In this document: one piece after another, positions 18,839 to 30,489 of the stretch
How the letters are laid out: every line of letters begins with the position of its first letter
How positions within the stretch are numbered: the stretch's first letter is position 1
Source of the DNA: a virus
Taxonomy: Duplodnaviria; Caudoviricetes
DNA: 64,000 bases
IMG/VR virus record: IMGVR_UViG_3300004241_000001
Coordinates: 51,415 to 115,414 of that record
Reading direction: 5' to 3' (one strand)
The notes under the pieces: model-generated
The model's input: only the letters and a program-made list of their open reading frames with translations
The model's database searches: none
What the model was told of the DNA's origin: nothing
Translations under genes and position numbers: made by a program

Positions 18839-19426
18839 TTAAAATGGTCTTTCGATAAAATTATAATACATGCCTAATTGTTTTATTGTTTTAATGTCGC
18901 AACTTGTTCTTTTTGCAAATTCTTCTAAATTAATTAGATTATTATTTGAACATTCGTACATAATTTTTTTATAATCTTCTTTTGTAAGAATAAAAATCAT
19001 AGTTGCTAATAAACAATAGTTTTCCACGCCCATATCATGAAAAAATCCATCAATCCAAAATGTATTATCATCATTAAAGTTTTCATCTTGCGGATTTATA
19101 ACGGCTTTTATTCCTATTTTAAAGAAACAGAAAAATATTGTGTATATTAATCTTAAATTAGTATTTCCATTTTTCCATAATCCATGATATTTTTCGTTAT
19201 TCCCAATTAGTATTTCTATTGGTTTTCCTTTTTGCTTGGAAATTACCGCCGAACCAGGAACTTTTCTGCTGTTGCCTATATCTAAATATTCGTCAGATGA
19301 ATACTTTAATTCAATACCAAACCCTTTAGCAAATAGTTCTCCGGTATTGTCGTCAATTTTTATATTTGCTTCATCCCAAAGTTTTCTTAATTGTTCGGCG
19401 AAATTTATAGCATCGGTTTTATCCAT
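18839..19426 (-). CDS. Hypothetical protein (possible degenerate ImmA/IrrE-like fold)
   Basis: Overall layout only; no HEXXH. Confidence 0.35.
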   Translation of the reverse strand: MDKTDAINFAEQLRKLWDEANIKIDDNTGELFAKGFGIELKYSSDEYLDIGNSRKVPGSAVISKQKGKPIEILIGNNEKYHGLWKNGNTNLRLIYTIFFCFFKIGIKAVINPQDENFNDDNTFWIDGFFHDMGVENYCLLATMIFILTKEDYKKIMYECSNNNLINLEEFAKRTSCDIKTIKQLGMYYNFIERPF

Positions 19427-19428
19427 AA

Positions 19429-19950
19429 TTACCTCATTTTATATAATTGAAGCCTTGTTATAACAAAATCAACGGTATTTACCAATATTTGAGTCAGTAA
19501 AATATCTATCTTGAATTTTTCGCAAAGCTTTATTATATGCTCAACCATTTCATCTCTCTTTGAGCAATTACTTCTTTTTATAGACGATGAAATCCAATCA
19601 GCAAACATTTCGATTATGTTTATAAGATTCATGTCATGAATTCCATTTTTAAAATGCTCTGGATGATGATTATTATTAAAAAAATGATGTTTACAATATT
19701 CGTTTGATGCTACAAAATCGTTATATTCTTTAGTTCCGTATTTATATTTTTGTATTTGCGATAAAAACTCAATGAACATTGATAGTTCTGGTTCTTCCAT
19801 TTTGGAATTATCATGAGTATCGACTCGATTATTTAATTCATCGATTATTATGGTCATAACTTCTTTAACATTATTTTTGTGGTTTTTCGTTATTTGTATC
19901 GCAAATTCTTTATCAGCTGTTTTCATTATGTGCGTATTTTCTATTTTCAT
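19429..19950 (-). CDS. DUF5662 HD-like protein
   Basis: HDNSK, HH..NNHHPEHF, EMFADW. Confidence 0.75.
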   Translation of the reverse strand: MKIENTHIMKTADKEFAIQITKNHKNNVKEVMTIIIDELNNRVDTHDNSKMEEPELSMFIEFLSQIQKYKYGTKEYNDFVASNEYCKHHFFNNNHHPEHFKNGIHDMNLINIIEMFADWISSSIKRSNCSKRDEMVEHIIKLCEKFKIDILLTQILVNTVDFVITRLQLYKMR

Positions 19951-20648
19951 TATTTATTCCCTCCAAATTTATTATACATTTCAGTTACTTCATTTCTTGC
20001 TATTGTTGCTATTTGATCTTCAAAGCACTCTTTTGAACCGTTATTTGATACAATGTATTTTGGACAAACATCTTCAACCAGATCTGTACAGATTGTTCTT
20101 CCGACAATAAAATCCTGTTCGCTTGAATCATCTCTTAAACTTAACCAGTCTATAAATTCTTGGTCGCCAGGATTCCAACCTTTTCGTTTCATCATAACCG
20201 GGACAGAAACGGTTATATGAATATGAACCACTGATTCTTCTCCATATTTTGAAATTAAATAGTCTAATTCATTTTTAAATCTCAAATCAGGTATTGGTAG
20301 AATAACCATATGATATTCTTCAAATTGAATCTTGTCTATTTCTTCACATAGTTTTTTAACCCATACATCTTTGTCTTTTGCCCGTTCTTCTTGACCATGA
20401 TTAATTAATGGTTTTCTATTCTCACATTTATATTGTTCGTCATTAAACATTTTATATTCGTCAAGACCATATATTTTACAGACTTGTTTTTTGAGAGCGT
20501 CAGCAAATGATAATATTTCTGATTTAGGTCTTATCCAAAATCCACAATCATCTAGAAAATCACAGCGATTTTCTATTTCTTTTGCAGCTGTGCTTTTGCC
20601 TTCCTGCGGGAGATCGCTTGATATTGCAAATATTAATAAATTTTTCAT
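19950..20648 (-). CDS. Deoxynucleoside monophosphate kinase-like
   Basis: EGKSTAA, SFADALK, DLRFKNE, NNGS. Confidence 0.75.
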   Translation of the reverse strand: MKNLLIFAISSDLPQEGKSTAAKEIENRCDFLDDCGFWIRPKSEILSFADALKKQVCKIYGLDEYKMFNDEQYKCENRKPLINHGQEERAKDKDVWVKKLCEEIDKIQFEEYHMVILPIPDLRFKNELDYLISKYGEESVVHIHITVSVPVMMKRKGWNPGDQEFIDWLSLRDDSSEQDFIVGRTICTDLVEDVCPKYIVSNNGSKECFEDQIATIARNEVTEMYNKFGGNK

Positions 20649-20651
20649 ATT

Positions 20652-21122
20652 TTACCTTCCTGTTAATTCTGGAATTATTACTATTTCTTTCTTTCGTATA
20701 ATGTTATTAACTGTTCTAAAATTTTCGTATTTTTCATAGCTTTTCACTGACATAAATGATTTCTGTTTTTTATCTACTTCGTGTTGATAAACATTTATCC
20801 ATTCATATTCTATTGTCTTTTTTAATATAACCGGCGTTATTTCATATTTATCTTTTCGTTCAGTCGGGAATATTCCATCATCGAGATATTTTATCAGTTC
20901 TTCTTTTTTTATATTATGTATCGAAAAGTTTATGTCGGTTAATTCACTAGGGCTTGATTTAAGAGTATAAATAACTCTATGCGGTTTTTCTTTATATTTG
21001 AATATTATTTCAAAATGAGTTCCGAAGTCATCAATGTAATTACAGATTCCATGACGATAAATATTTTTGTTATTTTCCAAAGGCCATATTATATTTATAA
21101 GTTCATGTTTTTTTAGATACAT
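20652..21122 (-). CDS. Hypothetical protein
   Basis: ORF in operon. Confidence 0.5.
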   Translation of the reverse strand: MYLKKHELINIIWPLENNKNIYRHGICNYIDDFGTHFEIIFKYKEKPHRVIYTLKSSPSELTDINFSIHNIKKEELIKYLDDGIFPTERKDKYEITPVILKKTIEYEWINVYQHEVDKKQKSFMSVKSYEKYENFRTVNNIIRKKEIVIIPELTGR

Positions 21123-21125
21123 ACT

Positions 21126-21755
21126 TTACCTTTCAACTGATTTTAAACCATCATTTTTATACCATTCCAAGAATTTTTTCATTACCAGAGAGGAATTGTT
21201 TACAACTTCTTTCATTAAAGAATCAACAATATGCCTTATTTCTTCCTGCGCCTTTTTAGAATGTCTTTGCGGATATATTGAACAAAGAAAATCCCTTAGG
21301 TTAAATTTAAACCTCATTTGGGTCATAAGCCCCTGAGGAAGAAAATACCTTGCGTCCTCCGCTTTGATTCCAGATTCAATTAGTTGTCTATAAAGGCCCA
21401 TTGCCTCTTCTACAAATGGCCTTACATCCTCTTCTTTTATTGAAGGAGGAAGATAAAAATCAACTTTGTCTTCTTTGCAATAACGCCCCGATTTAACCAT
21501 CATAACTGAGTTCCAATGCCTTGTTATTTGTTTTAAAGCAACGATACTTAATTGTATTTTAAAATCAAAGTCAAGGAATTCAAAAACGCTATAATGCTTA
21601 CGATTCCAGAAACTTTTAAGTTGTTCATATATTTCATCATCTGTTTTATCTGATTTATTTTCTCGGTCATAACATATGCCAGCTGTTTTACAAATAAAGC
21701 GGCCATCACATTCATCATTTTTTGTTCTTTTAATTAATTCAACTCCTGGTTGCAT
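21126..21755 (-). CDS. thyX: Flavin-dependent thymidylate synthase
   Basis: H.SVFE, QITRH-x7-SGRY, EDARYFLP, AQEEIR. Confidence 0.92.
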   Translation of the reverse strand: MQPGVELIKRTKNDECDGRFICKTAGICYDRENKSDKTDDEIYEQLKSFWNRKHYSVFEFLDFDFKIQLSIVALKQITRHWNSVMMVKSGRYCKEDKVDFYLPPSIKEEDVRPFVEEAMGLYRQLIESGIKAEDARYFLPQGLMTQMRFKFNLRDFLCSIYPQRHSKKAQEEIRHIVDSLMKEVVNNSSLVMKKFLEWYKNDGLKSVER

Positions 21756-22025
21756 ATTAACACCTCTTACTTTACATAATTTCCTTCGTAATCATTTTCT
21801 TTAACTACTTCTATGTTAATAATATATTCAATTTTTATATTACTAATATGGCTTTTAAATTTTCAGAACAATCTATTTCAATTGATTCTGTGTTGATTGA
21901 TTTAAATATTCCTTCTCTTGGTTCTTTATGATCTGTCCAAAATCTTATAAAGTCTCCTTCTTTTACATGGATGTATTGTTTGTCGTTTGTTTCAATAACG
22001 AAGGCCCTAATTGGATAAAGTATTT

Positions 22026-22331
22026 TCATTCTTCTTTCGCCTCTACTTCGAAATCTTTGCCTACTAACTGTTTATAATATTCCATTTTGCCAGGAGTCCA
22101 CGGTCGCAATGTTGTAAAAATATTTCCATATTCTTTCAGGAAAATAAGTCTAATATATCTTCCTTCTTTCGGTAAAGGAAAGCGAAATCCGTCTGTATCG
22201 TATTTTTTAAATTCAAAACTTAATATTGATAACTCAACTTCATCCGCTCCAAGTAATTTAGCTTGTTTTACTACGGTTCCGTCTTTTAACAAGAGTTTTG
22301 AGTAAATGTGACAAAATTTTATTTTATTCAT
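22026..22331 (-). CDS. Hypothetical protein
   Basis: Coupled ORF. Confidence 0.5.
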   Translation of the reverse strand: MNKIKFCHIYSKLLLKDGTVVKQAKLLGADEVELSILSFEFKKYDTDGFRFPLPKEGRYIRLIFLKEYGNIFTTLRPWTPGKMEYYKQLVGKDFEVEAKEE

Positions 22332-22824
22332 TTAACATCCTTATCGCTTTATTAGCCAGTTTTCTTGTAAGTCCATTTTTCCACGATGTCTGGATAAGGT
22401 GATCTTTTAAATCGCTCATGTCCGAATCATCGTCGATTATAACTATTTTATCAATATTAAAATTTACTTTATCGTTGTTTTTAATCCATGCTTTTATTTC
22501 CGAACCGCGACAAACATACTCGGAGCCATCGGAGAATAAATTTGTATAAGTAAAATTAGGAGTTTTCCCGATTATGACAGAAGGATCGATATTATGTATT
22601 ACAAAATTCGTTTCTATCGCTCCAATACGCTGTTCAAATAACCTCCATGTTGATGATATGACTATTTTGCAATCTGTTTTATCTATTATTCTTTTTAAGT
22701 GCCTCATGCAAGATGGTTGAAAATACAAATCCATATGATTAATTCTTCCGAATTTTTTGACTCGTTCTATTTGAAACTGTTCGGTATTCAATACTCCGTC
22801 ACAATCAAGGAAAACTACTTTCAT
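22324..22824 (-). CDS. HAD-family phosphatase (HAD_SAK_2-like)
   Basis: FLDCDGVLN, IVISSTWR, RGSEI..W, IIDDDSDM. Confidence 0.8.
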   Translation of the reverse strand: MKVVFLDCDGVLNTEQFQIERVKKFGRINHMDLYFQPSCMRHLKRIIDKTDCKIVISSTWRLFEQRIGAIETNFVIHNIDPSVIIGKTPNFTYTNLFSDGSEYVCRGSEIKAWIKNNDKVNFNIDKIVIIDDDSDMSDLKDHLIQTSWKNGLTRKLANKAIRMLNE

Positions 22825-22825
22825 T

Positions 22826-23413
22826 TTATTTTTTGCCTTTCGCCGGCGCAATTGAAGCAGTTGTTTTATATCCACCTGAGCTTCCAAAACCTTTATGTGA
22901 CGTTTCTTTAATATCTTTTACGACTTCTATATCAACCGGGAACGTCGGGAAGAATATTAATTGAGCAATCTTTTCTCCGGCTTCGATTACCACCGGTTCG
23001 AACCCTGCGTTCTCAACAATAAGTCCATGTTCGGAGCGAAATGATTCATCGATAAGACCAATGCTGTTACATACTCTTATATGTTTTTTTAAACACAAAC
23101 TGCTTCTTGGTAATAGCAGAGCAAGCGAGTTTTCAGGGTAAATTAATTTGATATTTAGTGGGATAATTACTTCTATCGGATTTTCTTCAATAACCTGATT
23201 TAATGAGTTCTGGCTAAGTCCGGCGAGTCTTGAATTATAATAATGCATTCTTGATAAGAATGACGGCTTTATTTCAACCGCTTCTCTTGCAAACAAATCC
23301 ATTCCCGCGGCTAATACGTCCTTTCCATCGATTTTTGTTACGTTATAAAATGGCGTATCTATTTTCGGATTTATCTTTTCCATTAACACCACCATTTTGT
23401 TTTTTGCTTCCAT
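22826..23413 (-). CDS. dut: Trimeric dUTPase
   Basis: AGMDL, LLPRSSL, GLIDESFR, GEKIAQL, GFGSSG. Confidence 0.9.
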   Translation of the reverse strand: MEAKNKMVVLMEKINPKIDTPFYNVTKIDGKDVLAAGMDLFAREAVEIKPSFLSRMHYYNSRLAGLSQNSLNQVIEENPIEVIIPLNIKLIYPENSLALLLPRSSLCLKKHIRVCNSIGLIDESFRSEHGLIVENAGFEPVVIEAGEKIAQLIFFPTFPVDIEVVKDIKETSHKGFGSSGGYKTTASIAPAKGKK

Positions 23414-23789
23414 TTTAAACTCTCCCTTATAATAAAATTTTGACACCGAGTAATACTTCCGCAAGCGATAAACTAATGTTGTCAGAATACGAAAGAATAA
23501 ATTCGGCCATCTTTAAATTGACTCTTGATTCGGATTTTTTCTCGCCTATTGTTACTTCAACGCGGCAATCGTTATCGTGAAATAACGCATCAACGAGATA
23601 TATTTTTTGAGAAAACACTTTGATTTCAAATACTTTTACAGAACCAGAACAACGGAATTTTTTAAAGAATCCGTAATCTGTGTTTTTTAATCCGTAATTT
23701 TTTTCCATTTCTACTAAAGAATAAGTATCTTGCGATTTTCCAAAAAACGATTGTTCTGATTCCATAACGCCTCCAAACATAATATACAA

Positions 23790-23818
23790 AGTATATACGA
23801 ATTTTGTTTAAAAGTCAA
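23790..23818 (-). promoter_or_regulatory. sigma70 promoter with GTATATAC core
   Basis: TTGACT-17-TATACT. Confidence 0.7.
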
Positions 23819-24798
23819 GTATTATTTGATTTTACCTCGAAAATTACTAACTACTTATTCTCCAGGATCAAAACATATCTGACTCAGCACACGATATGGC
23901 ATCGTTTGATCTAATTTTTATATTATAATATTCGCAAATACCTCGGTGTATATTATTTCTTTGGCATGTTATACACATTCGTTTTGATTCTCCAGGGCTT
24001 ATGAACGCTCCATGCTCTCGCAGTTCCCGGCTCGTAAAATCCAGATTTGTAAAAATTACTTAAACCCCAATAATCATCGTATGATTTGTAAGACTTGATT
24101 GTTTTAAAATCTCTCATTTGCTCTCTTTTATTCCGTTCCAATATGTTATTAGAGGGCTTGTTTCATCATCATAATAAGCGGTACAGCCAAATTGCCAAAT
24201 CTCAATAGGTTTGAAAAATAAGCCGCACCACAAATTATGACAATGACCGCAATCCACGCATCTTTTAATTAAGAACATATAATCTTGCTTTCATGTATTC
24301 TTGCGTTAACCATTCTTTTCTCAAACATTTCTGATTCTTTTAATTCAACCATATTTGAGAAATCAGATATTTGCCTTGTTTCAGAAGATATGATAACTAT
24401 TTCAAGATTAGGCAAAACAAATATTTCGCAGTTTTCAAGTATTAAATTAACATTAAGTATTTTCATCAACATATCTTGAGTTGAATAATATTCGAGATTA
24501 TATTTTTTAACAACTTCTTGCCACTTCTTATTTATTTCGCTATCGTTTTTAGCAATTCCATAATTCATTGTTTTATTCGGAACGCGAAATTGTTTTTGAA
24601 TAGTTTTATCAAGAACTTCAATTCCTTCTATTTCAAGAGTTGTCATATTTGATTTGATTTTTACATCTTTCGGCAACCCCATATCGCTATAAATTTCTTT
24701 ACTAAATAACGATAATCTCTTGTTTTGTTTTATCATTTCTGCGATTTCATCTTTTAAAGTATTTATTGGTGTAAAGTATCTTTTCATAATTACCTTCC

Positions 24799-26730
24799 TT
24801 ATTTTAATAAATTATTGAATTCTTCTTCGTTGATTATTTTTGTTCCAAGTTTTTTAGCTTTATCGAGTTTTGAACCGCAATCTTCGCCGGCGAGTAAAAC
24901 ATTTATAGACTTCGTTACGGAGTCAGAAACATTGCCGCCATTCTCTTTTATAATTACAGAGAATTCGTTTCTTGGCTTGCTGAGAGTTCCGGTAATACAA
25001 AATGTCATTCCTGATAACTTCCCTACCATCACAGCTTTCTTTTCAACTGTTTTCTCCAAGGTAAACATAGAAATTATTTCTTTTGCTAATTTTAAGTTTT
25101 TGTTCTTCCATTCATTTATTGATTTTGAACATTCTATCCCAAAAATAGATGAACTTACAGGTTCGTCAGAAAACAACATATCGAATATTTCAGAATTGTT
25201 TTTTGATAGTCTTTCATATGAATTTCTTCCAAAATCTGTTATGCCAAGTCCAGCAATTAAATCAACTTTACGACATCCTGCTCTTTTGTTTTGTATGCTT
25301 TTAAATATTTTGCCAGCAATAACCTTTGAACCAATATATTCTTCAAGAAGCCCAAGTTCAAGGTCTAAAAAATAATAAGTAATTAAGTTTTGATTTATTC
25401 CTGCATTTTCAGATAAACCACGATATTCATATTCAAACTCATATGCAATTTTATCGCAGTTCTTCTCTCCCATATTGTCAATTTCAACCTCGTCACAAAA
25501 ATGTTCAAGTGCCTTCGACACTCTTTTATAACATAGAGTATTTTTGCAAGACAATGTTCTTATTCCTGTTTCTGATTTAGAAATATATATCGGAGATTTA
25601 CAATAAGGGCATTCTTTTGGAATCTCATAACCGCTCGATCCTTCCGGTAACTCGCCGGATATTATTTTCGGAATGACTTTATTTGCTCTTACGACTTCAA
25701 CAGTTGAACCAATTACAACATTATAAATCATCATATTGTCAATATTTGTCATACTTACGCGAGATATTGTAGCTCCATCGAGGACTATTGGTTTTATTAT
25801 CGCAACCGGCGAAAGCGTTCCGTTACGGCTCATAGATAATTCTATTTTTTCAACAGTTGACGTCATGCTTTCGTCTTTAAACTTTAATGCACAAGCGTAT
25901 TTTGGATGATGATTGTTATAACCGATTTCTTCATATCTTGTTTTATTATTAAGCATAAATACAATTCCGTCGGTCTTGTACCACAAGGAGTCGATTATTT
26001 CTTGTAATTGTTCCATCGTTTTATTTGACATAAAAGCCTCTGAATTTTCAAAGAATACATTAATAAAACCTAATTGGAAAAGGTCTTTTATATCAAATTC
26101 AAATGTGTTATTATGAGTAGGCGATATTTTATAAGCAATAAATTGAAGATTTCTTGATTTAACGACATCGTCTTTTTCGCATTTTAAGGTTCCCGCCGCA
26201 AGATTTCGAGCATCAGAGAATTTTTCATCATCAGGCAGTTCTGCATTAATCTTTTTAAAATCATTTTTTGAAACAACTATTTCGCCGTAAACGCACACTA
26301 ATTCTCTTTTGGTATTTATTACCGGAGGAATACTTGAAATATTTTTCGCGTTGAATAAGACCGGCTCGCCAAAAATTCCATCGCCGCGTGTTGACATTTG
26401 AGAAAGTCTGCCTTTGATATAAACGAGTTCTACAGGAAGACCATCGACTTTTGCCATCGCTATAACTCCACCTGCAACCTTATTGCAAAATTTATAATAT
26501 TCGTCAATTGAATGAATTTTATCGAGAGAATACATGCGATTGATATGTTTAATTTTATCTTTCATTGAGTACGAGCCGACAGCATTTAAAAGAGCGTTGT
26601 TTGGATCAAGTTTATTTAATTCGTTTTCAAGAGCGTCGTATTCAACATCGGTTAGTGGCGAAGTTCCGTTGCTATAATAAAGCTCCCGGCAAACTTGAAT
26701 CATATTTTCTAAAAAGTTTATTCTATTCAT
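24799..26730 (-). CDS. ligA: NAD-dependent DNA ligase
   Basis: KVDG adenylation motif, STRGDG, TDGIVF, CPYC zinc finger, BRCT (GSKLDKAKKLG). Confidence 0.95.
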   Translation of the reverse strand: MNRINFLENMIQVCRELYYSNGTSPLTDVEYDALENELNKLDPNNALLNAVGSYSMKDKIKHINRMYSLDKIHSIDEYYKFCNKVAGGVIAMAKVDGLPVELVYIKGRLSQMSTRGDGIFGEPVLFNAKNISSIPPVINTKRELVCVYGEIVVSKNDFKKINAELPDDEKFSDARNLAAGTLKCEKDDVVKSRNLQFIAYKISPTHNNTFEFDIKDLFQLGFINVFFENSEAFMSNKTMEQLQEIIDSLWYKTDGIVFMLNNKTRYEEIGYNNHHPKYACALKFKDESMTSTVEKIELSMSRNGTLSPVAIIKPIVLDGATISRVSMTNIDNMMIYNVVIGSTVEVVRANKVIPKIISGELPEGSSGYEIPKECPYCKSPIYISKSETGIRTLSCKNTLCYKRVSKALEHFCDEVEIDNMGEKNCDKIAYEFEYEYRGLSENAGINQNLITYYFLDLELGLLEEYIGSKVIAGKIFKSIQNKRAGCRKVDLIAGLGITDFGRNSYERLSKNNSEIFDMLFSDEPVSSSIFGIECSKSINEWKNKNLKLAKEIISMFTLEKTVEKKAVMVGKLSGMTFCITGTLSKPRNEFSVIIKENGGNVSDSVTKSINVLLAGEDCGSKLDKAKKLGTKIINEEEFNNLLK

Positions 26731-27414
26731 TTTTATTACTCCTTTGGTTTGTTATACTTTTATCAATATCAAATCTTTTGTTTCGCTTGGTTTATTGGCA
26801 TATATAGATGTAGAATTAATTTTTCTTATAGTTTTTATTTCCTTGAATTCAAAAACTCCTTTTTCAACGAATTCTATCTTTACTTCTGTTTTTTCAGGAT
26901 ATTTTTTAAGTTCTTTTATTAATTCACTTTTTGTCATTTTGACTCTCCATTTTATTTATAATTTTTTAGTCAGTTCTACTATATCTATAACAAAACTCAT
27001 TATTTCATCTATTTCTCTCTTCTTTAGTTTTTTAGTTATACTGGACAACATTAGTTTCATATTTTCTTTTTATCTGTTATTTTATCTCTTATTTCGAATT
27101 TCGTCATATTCTCTCCTTTTTATTTAAGTGTCGCTATATATATTAAAACAATACTTGAAAGAATTATTAACATAAATGATTGAAAATCGAAATCTGGTTC
27201 GGTAAGGTCCGGCTCGATGTTAGGCGGAGGATTTGATTTTCTTCTCATTGGTTCAGGAGTTGTCGTTGTTAAAGAATTAAGTATATCCATTATTTTTGTT
27301 TCTCTGCAAATTTTTTTCTTTGCGGATTTCCAACATTTTCTACAAATACTCGGAGCTAAATTCCAATGCCTGAACATTGGTAATTTTTTATTACAAATTA
27401 AGCATTTTTTCATC

Positions 27415-27798
27415 TTAATCAACTCCGTATTTAGGTTTAAATTTTTCTGTAAACTCGTTATATGGGCGGGAATAAGTAACGAATTTGTTTTCTTCGGAAG
27501 AATACACAACATCAAATTCTTGAGTTTTTGTATTAAAACAAATAAACTGCACATTATATAAAGTGTTATGTTTTATATTTATTTGACGAATCGCAAGAGA
27601 ATTTGTTAATTGTTGAATTTTATCAGCTATTTCTTTTGGTTCTAACCTTGGTTTTTCGAGTTTTTCTTTTATTATTTTTATGTATCTTTTTATCACTTCT
27701 TTTAACAAATCATTTTGTATTTCCTCTATACAGATTAGTCTGACCAATGTTTCATCTGCCTCTTGAGAAAAATCAATTTCATACTTCGTTTCTGGCAT
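27415..27798 (-). CDS. DUF1653-like protein
   Basis: LYNV...VVY.....YSRPYNEF.EKF. Confidence 0.55.
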   Translation of the reverse strand: MPETKYEIDFSQEADETLVRLICIEEIQNDLLKEVIKRYIKIIKEKLEKPRLEPKEIADKIQQLTNSLAIRQINIKHNTLYNVQFICFNTKTQEFDVVYSSEENKFVTYSRPYNEFTEKFKPKYGVD

Positions 27799-27809
27799 AA
27801 ATAGCTCCT

Positions 27810-28544
27810 TTATTGTATTTTTTCTAAATCTTTAATTTTGTCTAAATATTTCTCTTTTTGTTTCTGAATGTTTTTTCTTAAGAAATCCATAAAGCTTTCA
27901 TTTTTATGAATAAACTCTTCGAGTTTATCTTTGTGCATTTGTATAGCGGCCAACAAATCATCGGATAAATCATCAAAATCTCGTTCGTTTTCTATATAGT
28001 CTTCAACATCATCTTCTATTTCAGAAATAATATATTTTTCTGCTTCTTCGTATGTTTCTGTAAACTTTACGCCTCTAAAAGAATAATAACAAGGGAGATG
28101 CGAATAGACATTAAGAGAAATACTGAGTTTGAATTCATCGTTATATTTTTCAATAGGTATTATTTCATAACTTTGTAATAGTACAATATACTTTATTTTA
28201 CCTTCAATTAATTTATCAATAATAATTAATTCATTAGGCTTGTCTTTTAAAAGTTTTTCTTTTTGTTTAGTTATTTTTTTAATTTCTTCTTGTTTTTTTT
28301 CTATTTCTTCGTTTAGTTCATATGCTTTATTATTTACTTTTTCACAATATTCTTTTAAAGTTTTAAGTTCTTCGTTATATTTAGCCATTGGCGGAGTTTT
28401 GTCATAAAATACTTTTACAAAATAAGGTTCTCCTAATGTTTCAACTCCATTATATTCAGATATATTTTGCACAACGGCACCCTCTGTTATTTTACAAAGA
28501 ACCTTTATCTTTCTTCCATCAAATGTATATTTTTCTTGTTCCAT
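27810..28544 (-). CDS. Coiled-coil hypothetical protein
   Basis: ORF with heptad region. Confidence 0.5.
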   Translation of the reverse strand: MEQEKYTFDGRKIKVLCKITEGAVVQNISEYNGVETLGEPYFVKVFYDKTPPMAKYNEELKTLKEYCEKVNNKAYELNEEIEKKQEEIKKITKQKEKLLKDKPNELIIIDKLIEGKIKYIVLLQSYEIIPIEKYNDEFKLSISLNVYSHLPCYYSFRGVKFTETYEEAEKYIISEIEDDVEDYIENERDFDDLSDDLLAAIQMHKDKLEEFIHKNESFMDFLRKNIQKQKEKYLDKIKDLEKIQ

Positions 28545-28559
28545 TTTTATCCCCGTCCT

Positions 28560-28982
28560 TTATTCATAAAATTCTAAATTAACACAACTTCCAAGATACT
28601 TTGTTATTAACGGTTTGACTTCCGACCAATCAAGATTTCCAAGGCCGCATCCAATTTTAGGAAAAGCAATAATTAATGGATTGTTACTTGGATAATGGTT
28701 AGACAATAAACTTCCATTCTTAATATCTTTTTTGAGTTGAATTAATCCGCTTTCTATCAACTCGATATCAGAATTATCTTTCCAATGATATTTAGTTGCA
28801 AAGAAGATAAAGCTAAAATAAGAAAATACCGAATTTTCTTTTGTAAATTTCATTGTTTTGTAATTTTCAAAACCCTGCGGATATTTTTCTTTAAATTGTT
28901 TTGCAAGGCCGGCTCCCATAACCTTAACCATATTTACCGGGATAATTATATAATCTGCCTTTGATTGAAATATATCTTTCAT
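28560..28982 (-). CDS. Macrodomain ADP-ribosyl hydrolase (DarG/Poa1-like)
   Basis: PVN..VMGAGLAKQFKEKYP, FATKYHW, FPKIGCGLGNLDW. Confidence 0.88.
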   Translation of the reverse strand: MKDIFQSKADYIIIPVNMVKVMGAGLAKQFKEKYPQGFENYKTMKFTKENSVFSYFSFIFFATKYHWKDNSDIELIESGLIQLKKDIKNGSLLSNHYPSNNPLIIAFPKIGCGLGNLDWSEVKPLITKYLGSCVNLEFYE

Positions 28983-28990
28983 AAAATCCT

Positions 28991-29700
28991 TTACTTTATT
29001 ATTCTATCTAATTTTGGATTAAACTTACCTTTTAAGTTTTCATGATTATCTCGCACCACGCAACATTTTCCGCAATCTCCGCCCATTTCTTCATCTATCT
29101 TTTCCATATCGTAACTGCAACCAGACACTTCACCCCAATAATCCTTGTATGAATCACATACTACTCGAAGATGTTTAACAAATAATCTTCGTCGTTGTTT
29201 ATAAGAAGTTTTCAGAACCTTTGAGTGATATATAACGGTATTTTGTAACTTCCAATTTTCACAAGGGCTATCATTTTCTTTCCCGTAAATCTTAAAACAT
29301 CTTTGGCTACAGTTGATTTCGCAATTTCCGCAAAAAGGTTCTATGTTTTTTATTTTATTTTTTATAGACATATCGGCTCGCTTTCTTTTTCTTTAATTAT
29401 TTTATTTCTATCTTCTTCTCCAAAATCAAATAAACCGCGTGGCTCTGGCTGAATAAGTTGCGGTTTATAAAAACAACTGCTATGCCTTAATAAATCCATT
29501 GTTGTATTTTCCATTATTGTTTCTAAATGCTTTTGTTTGTAAGATATTTTTAAAACCTTTGTTGCTATTAATTTTTTATTTAATTTAAAACTTTCGCATG
29601 GTATTAATGACCGAATTCTTTTCTTTAAGGTTAGCGCACAAACATTACAAAAAAAACATCTTGAACATTTTGCTTTATTATAAATAATTTTCTTCACCAT
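28991..29700 (-). CDS. Two tandem Cys-rich paralogs (28991-29371, 29362-29700)
   Basis: Shared CxxC..C..PCE.(W/F)KL..KVLK.SYKQ. Confidence 0.6.
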
Positions 29701-30489
29701 CTTCGTTACCCTCTTCGTTTATAAACTCAATGTCGTTTATATAAATAGGTATTTCGGTTGTGTCCAGAGTAATTATACCATCTTCCATTTTAACTATCTT
29801 TCCAACAAAATTATTATCGCCTTTATATTTATTTTCTATCATAGCGTCATCTTTTTCATCACCATAACTAAAAATATCTATTTCGTATCGTTTGCCGATT
29901 TCTATTATTTGACCGTATTCTTGAATATCGTCATCATCGCCATGTTTTACGACAAATACATCTTTAACTAAAATCATTTATTTTTCTCCTTTTCTTATTG
30001 CTTCTTCGATGGCTTTTGAAGCGTTATCAAAAGAATATGCCTCAAGACAATAACTAAAAAACAATTTGTTTAATTTCGGTGAGTTACGGCAGTATTCGGC
30101 ATTATTGGAAGAATACCAATAAGAAGAACCTTTTCTATTGAATTCAAATCGTTTTTTAGAAACAAGTCTTATTTTGCCTTCAAATACTTCAATTCTTCTT
30201 GCGTCATTTAATAGAATATATCCATCGAATTCTTCGAACTCTGGTTTTTTATCAATTCCAAGAAATAACCTTATTTCTTTTAGATGTGCGTTAAAATGCC
30301 TTTTTACGATTTTAGTTGGATTATATGAAGTTTTAACTCCGTTCTTTATAAAAATACAATCCTCTATAAATTGATCTATAACCTCTGCGTTATTATTAAA
30401 AACAGAAGTTGCGTCTGTAAAATGCCAGGAGTCTAAAACAACTCTTGAAGAGCATTTATAATTATTTCCGTCTTCTTTTATTTTTGTGC

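Noticed and set aside
23953-24141. NADAR-like protein (YWGLSNFY) or a frameshifted gene
   Set aside because: Only a short motif; the remainder lacks NADAR features and no paralog confirms a frameshift.
24815-25375. Antisense and nested ORFs in the track (e.g. 24815-25375, 52148-52603, 38803-39279)
   Set aside because: Shadows of well-supported genes, with no motifs or RBS.
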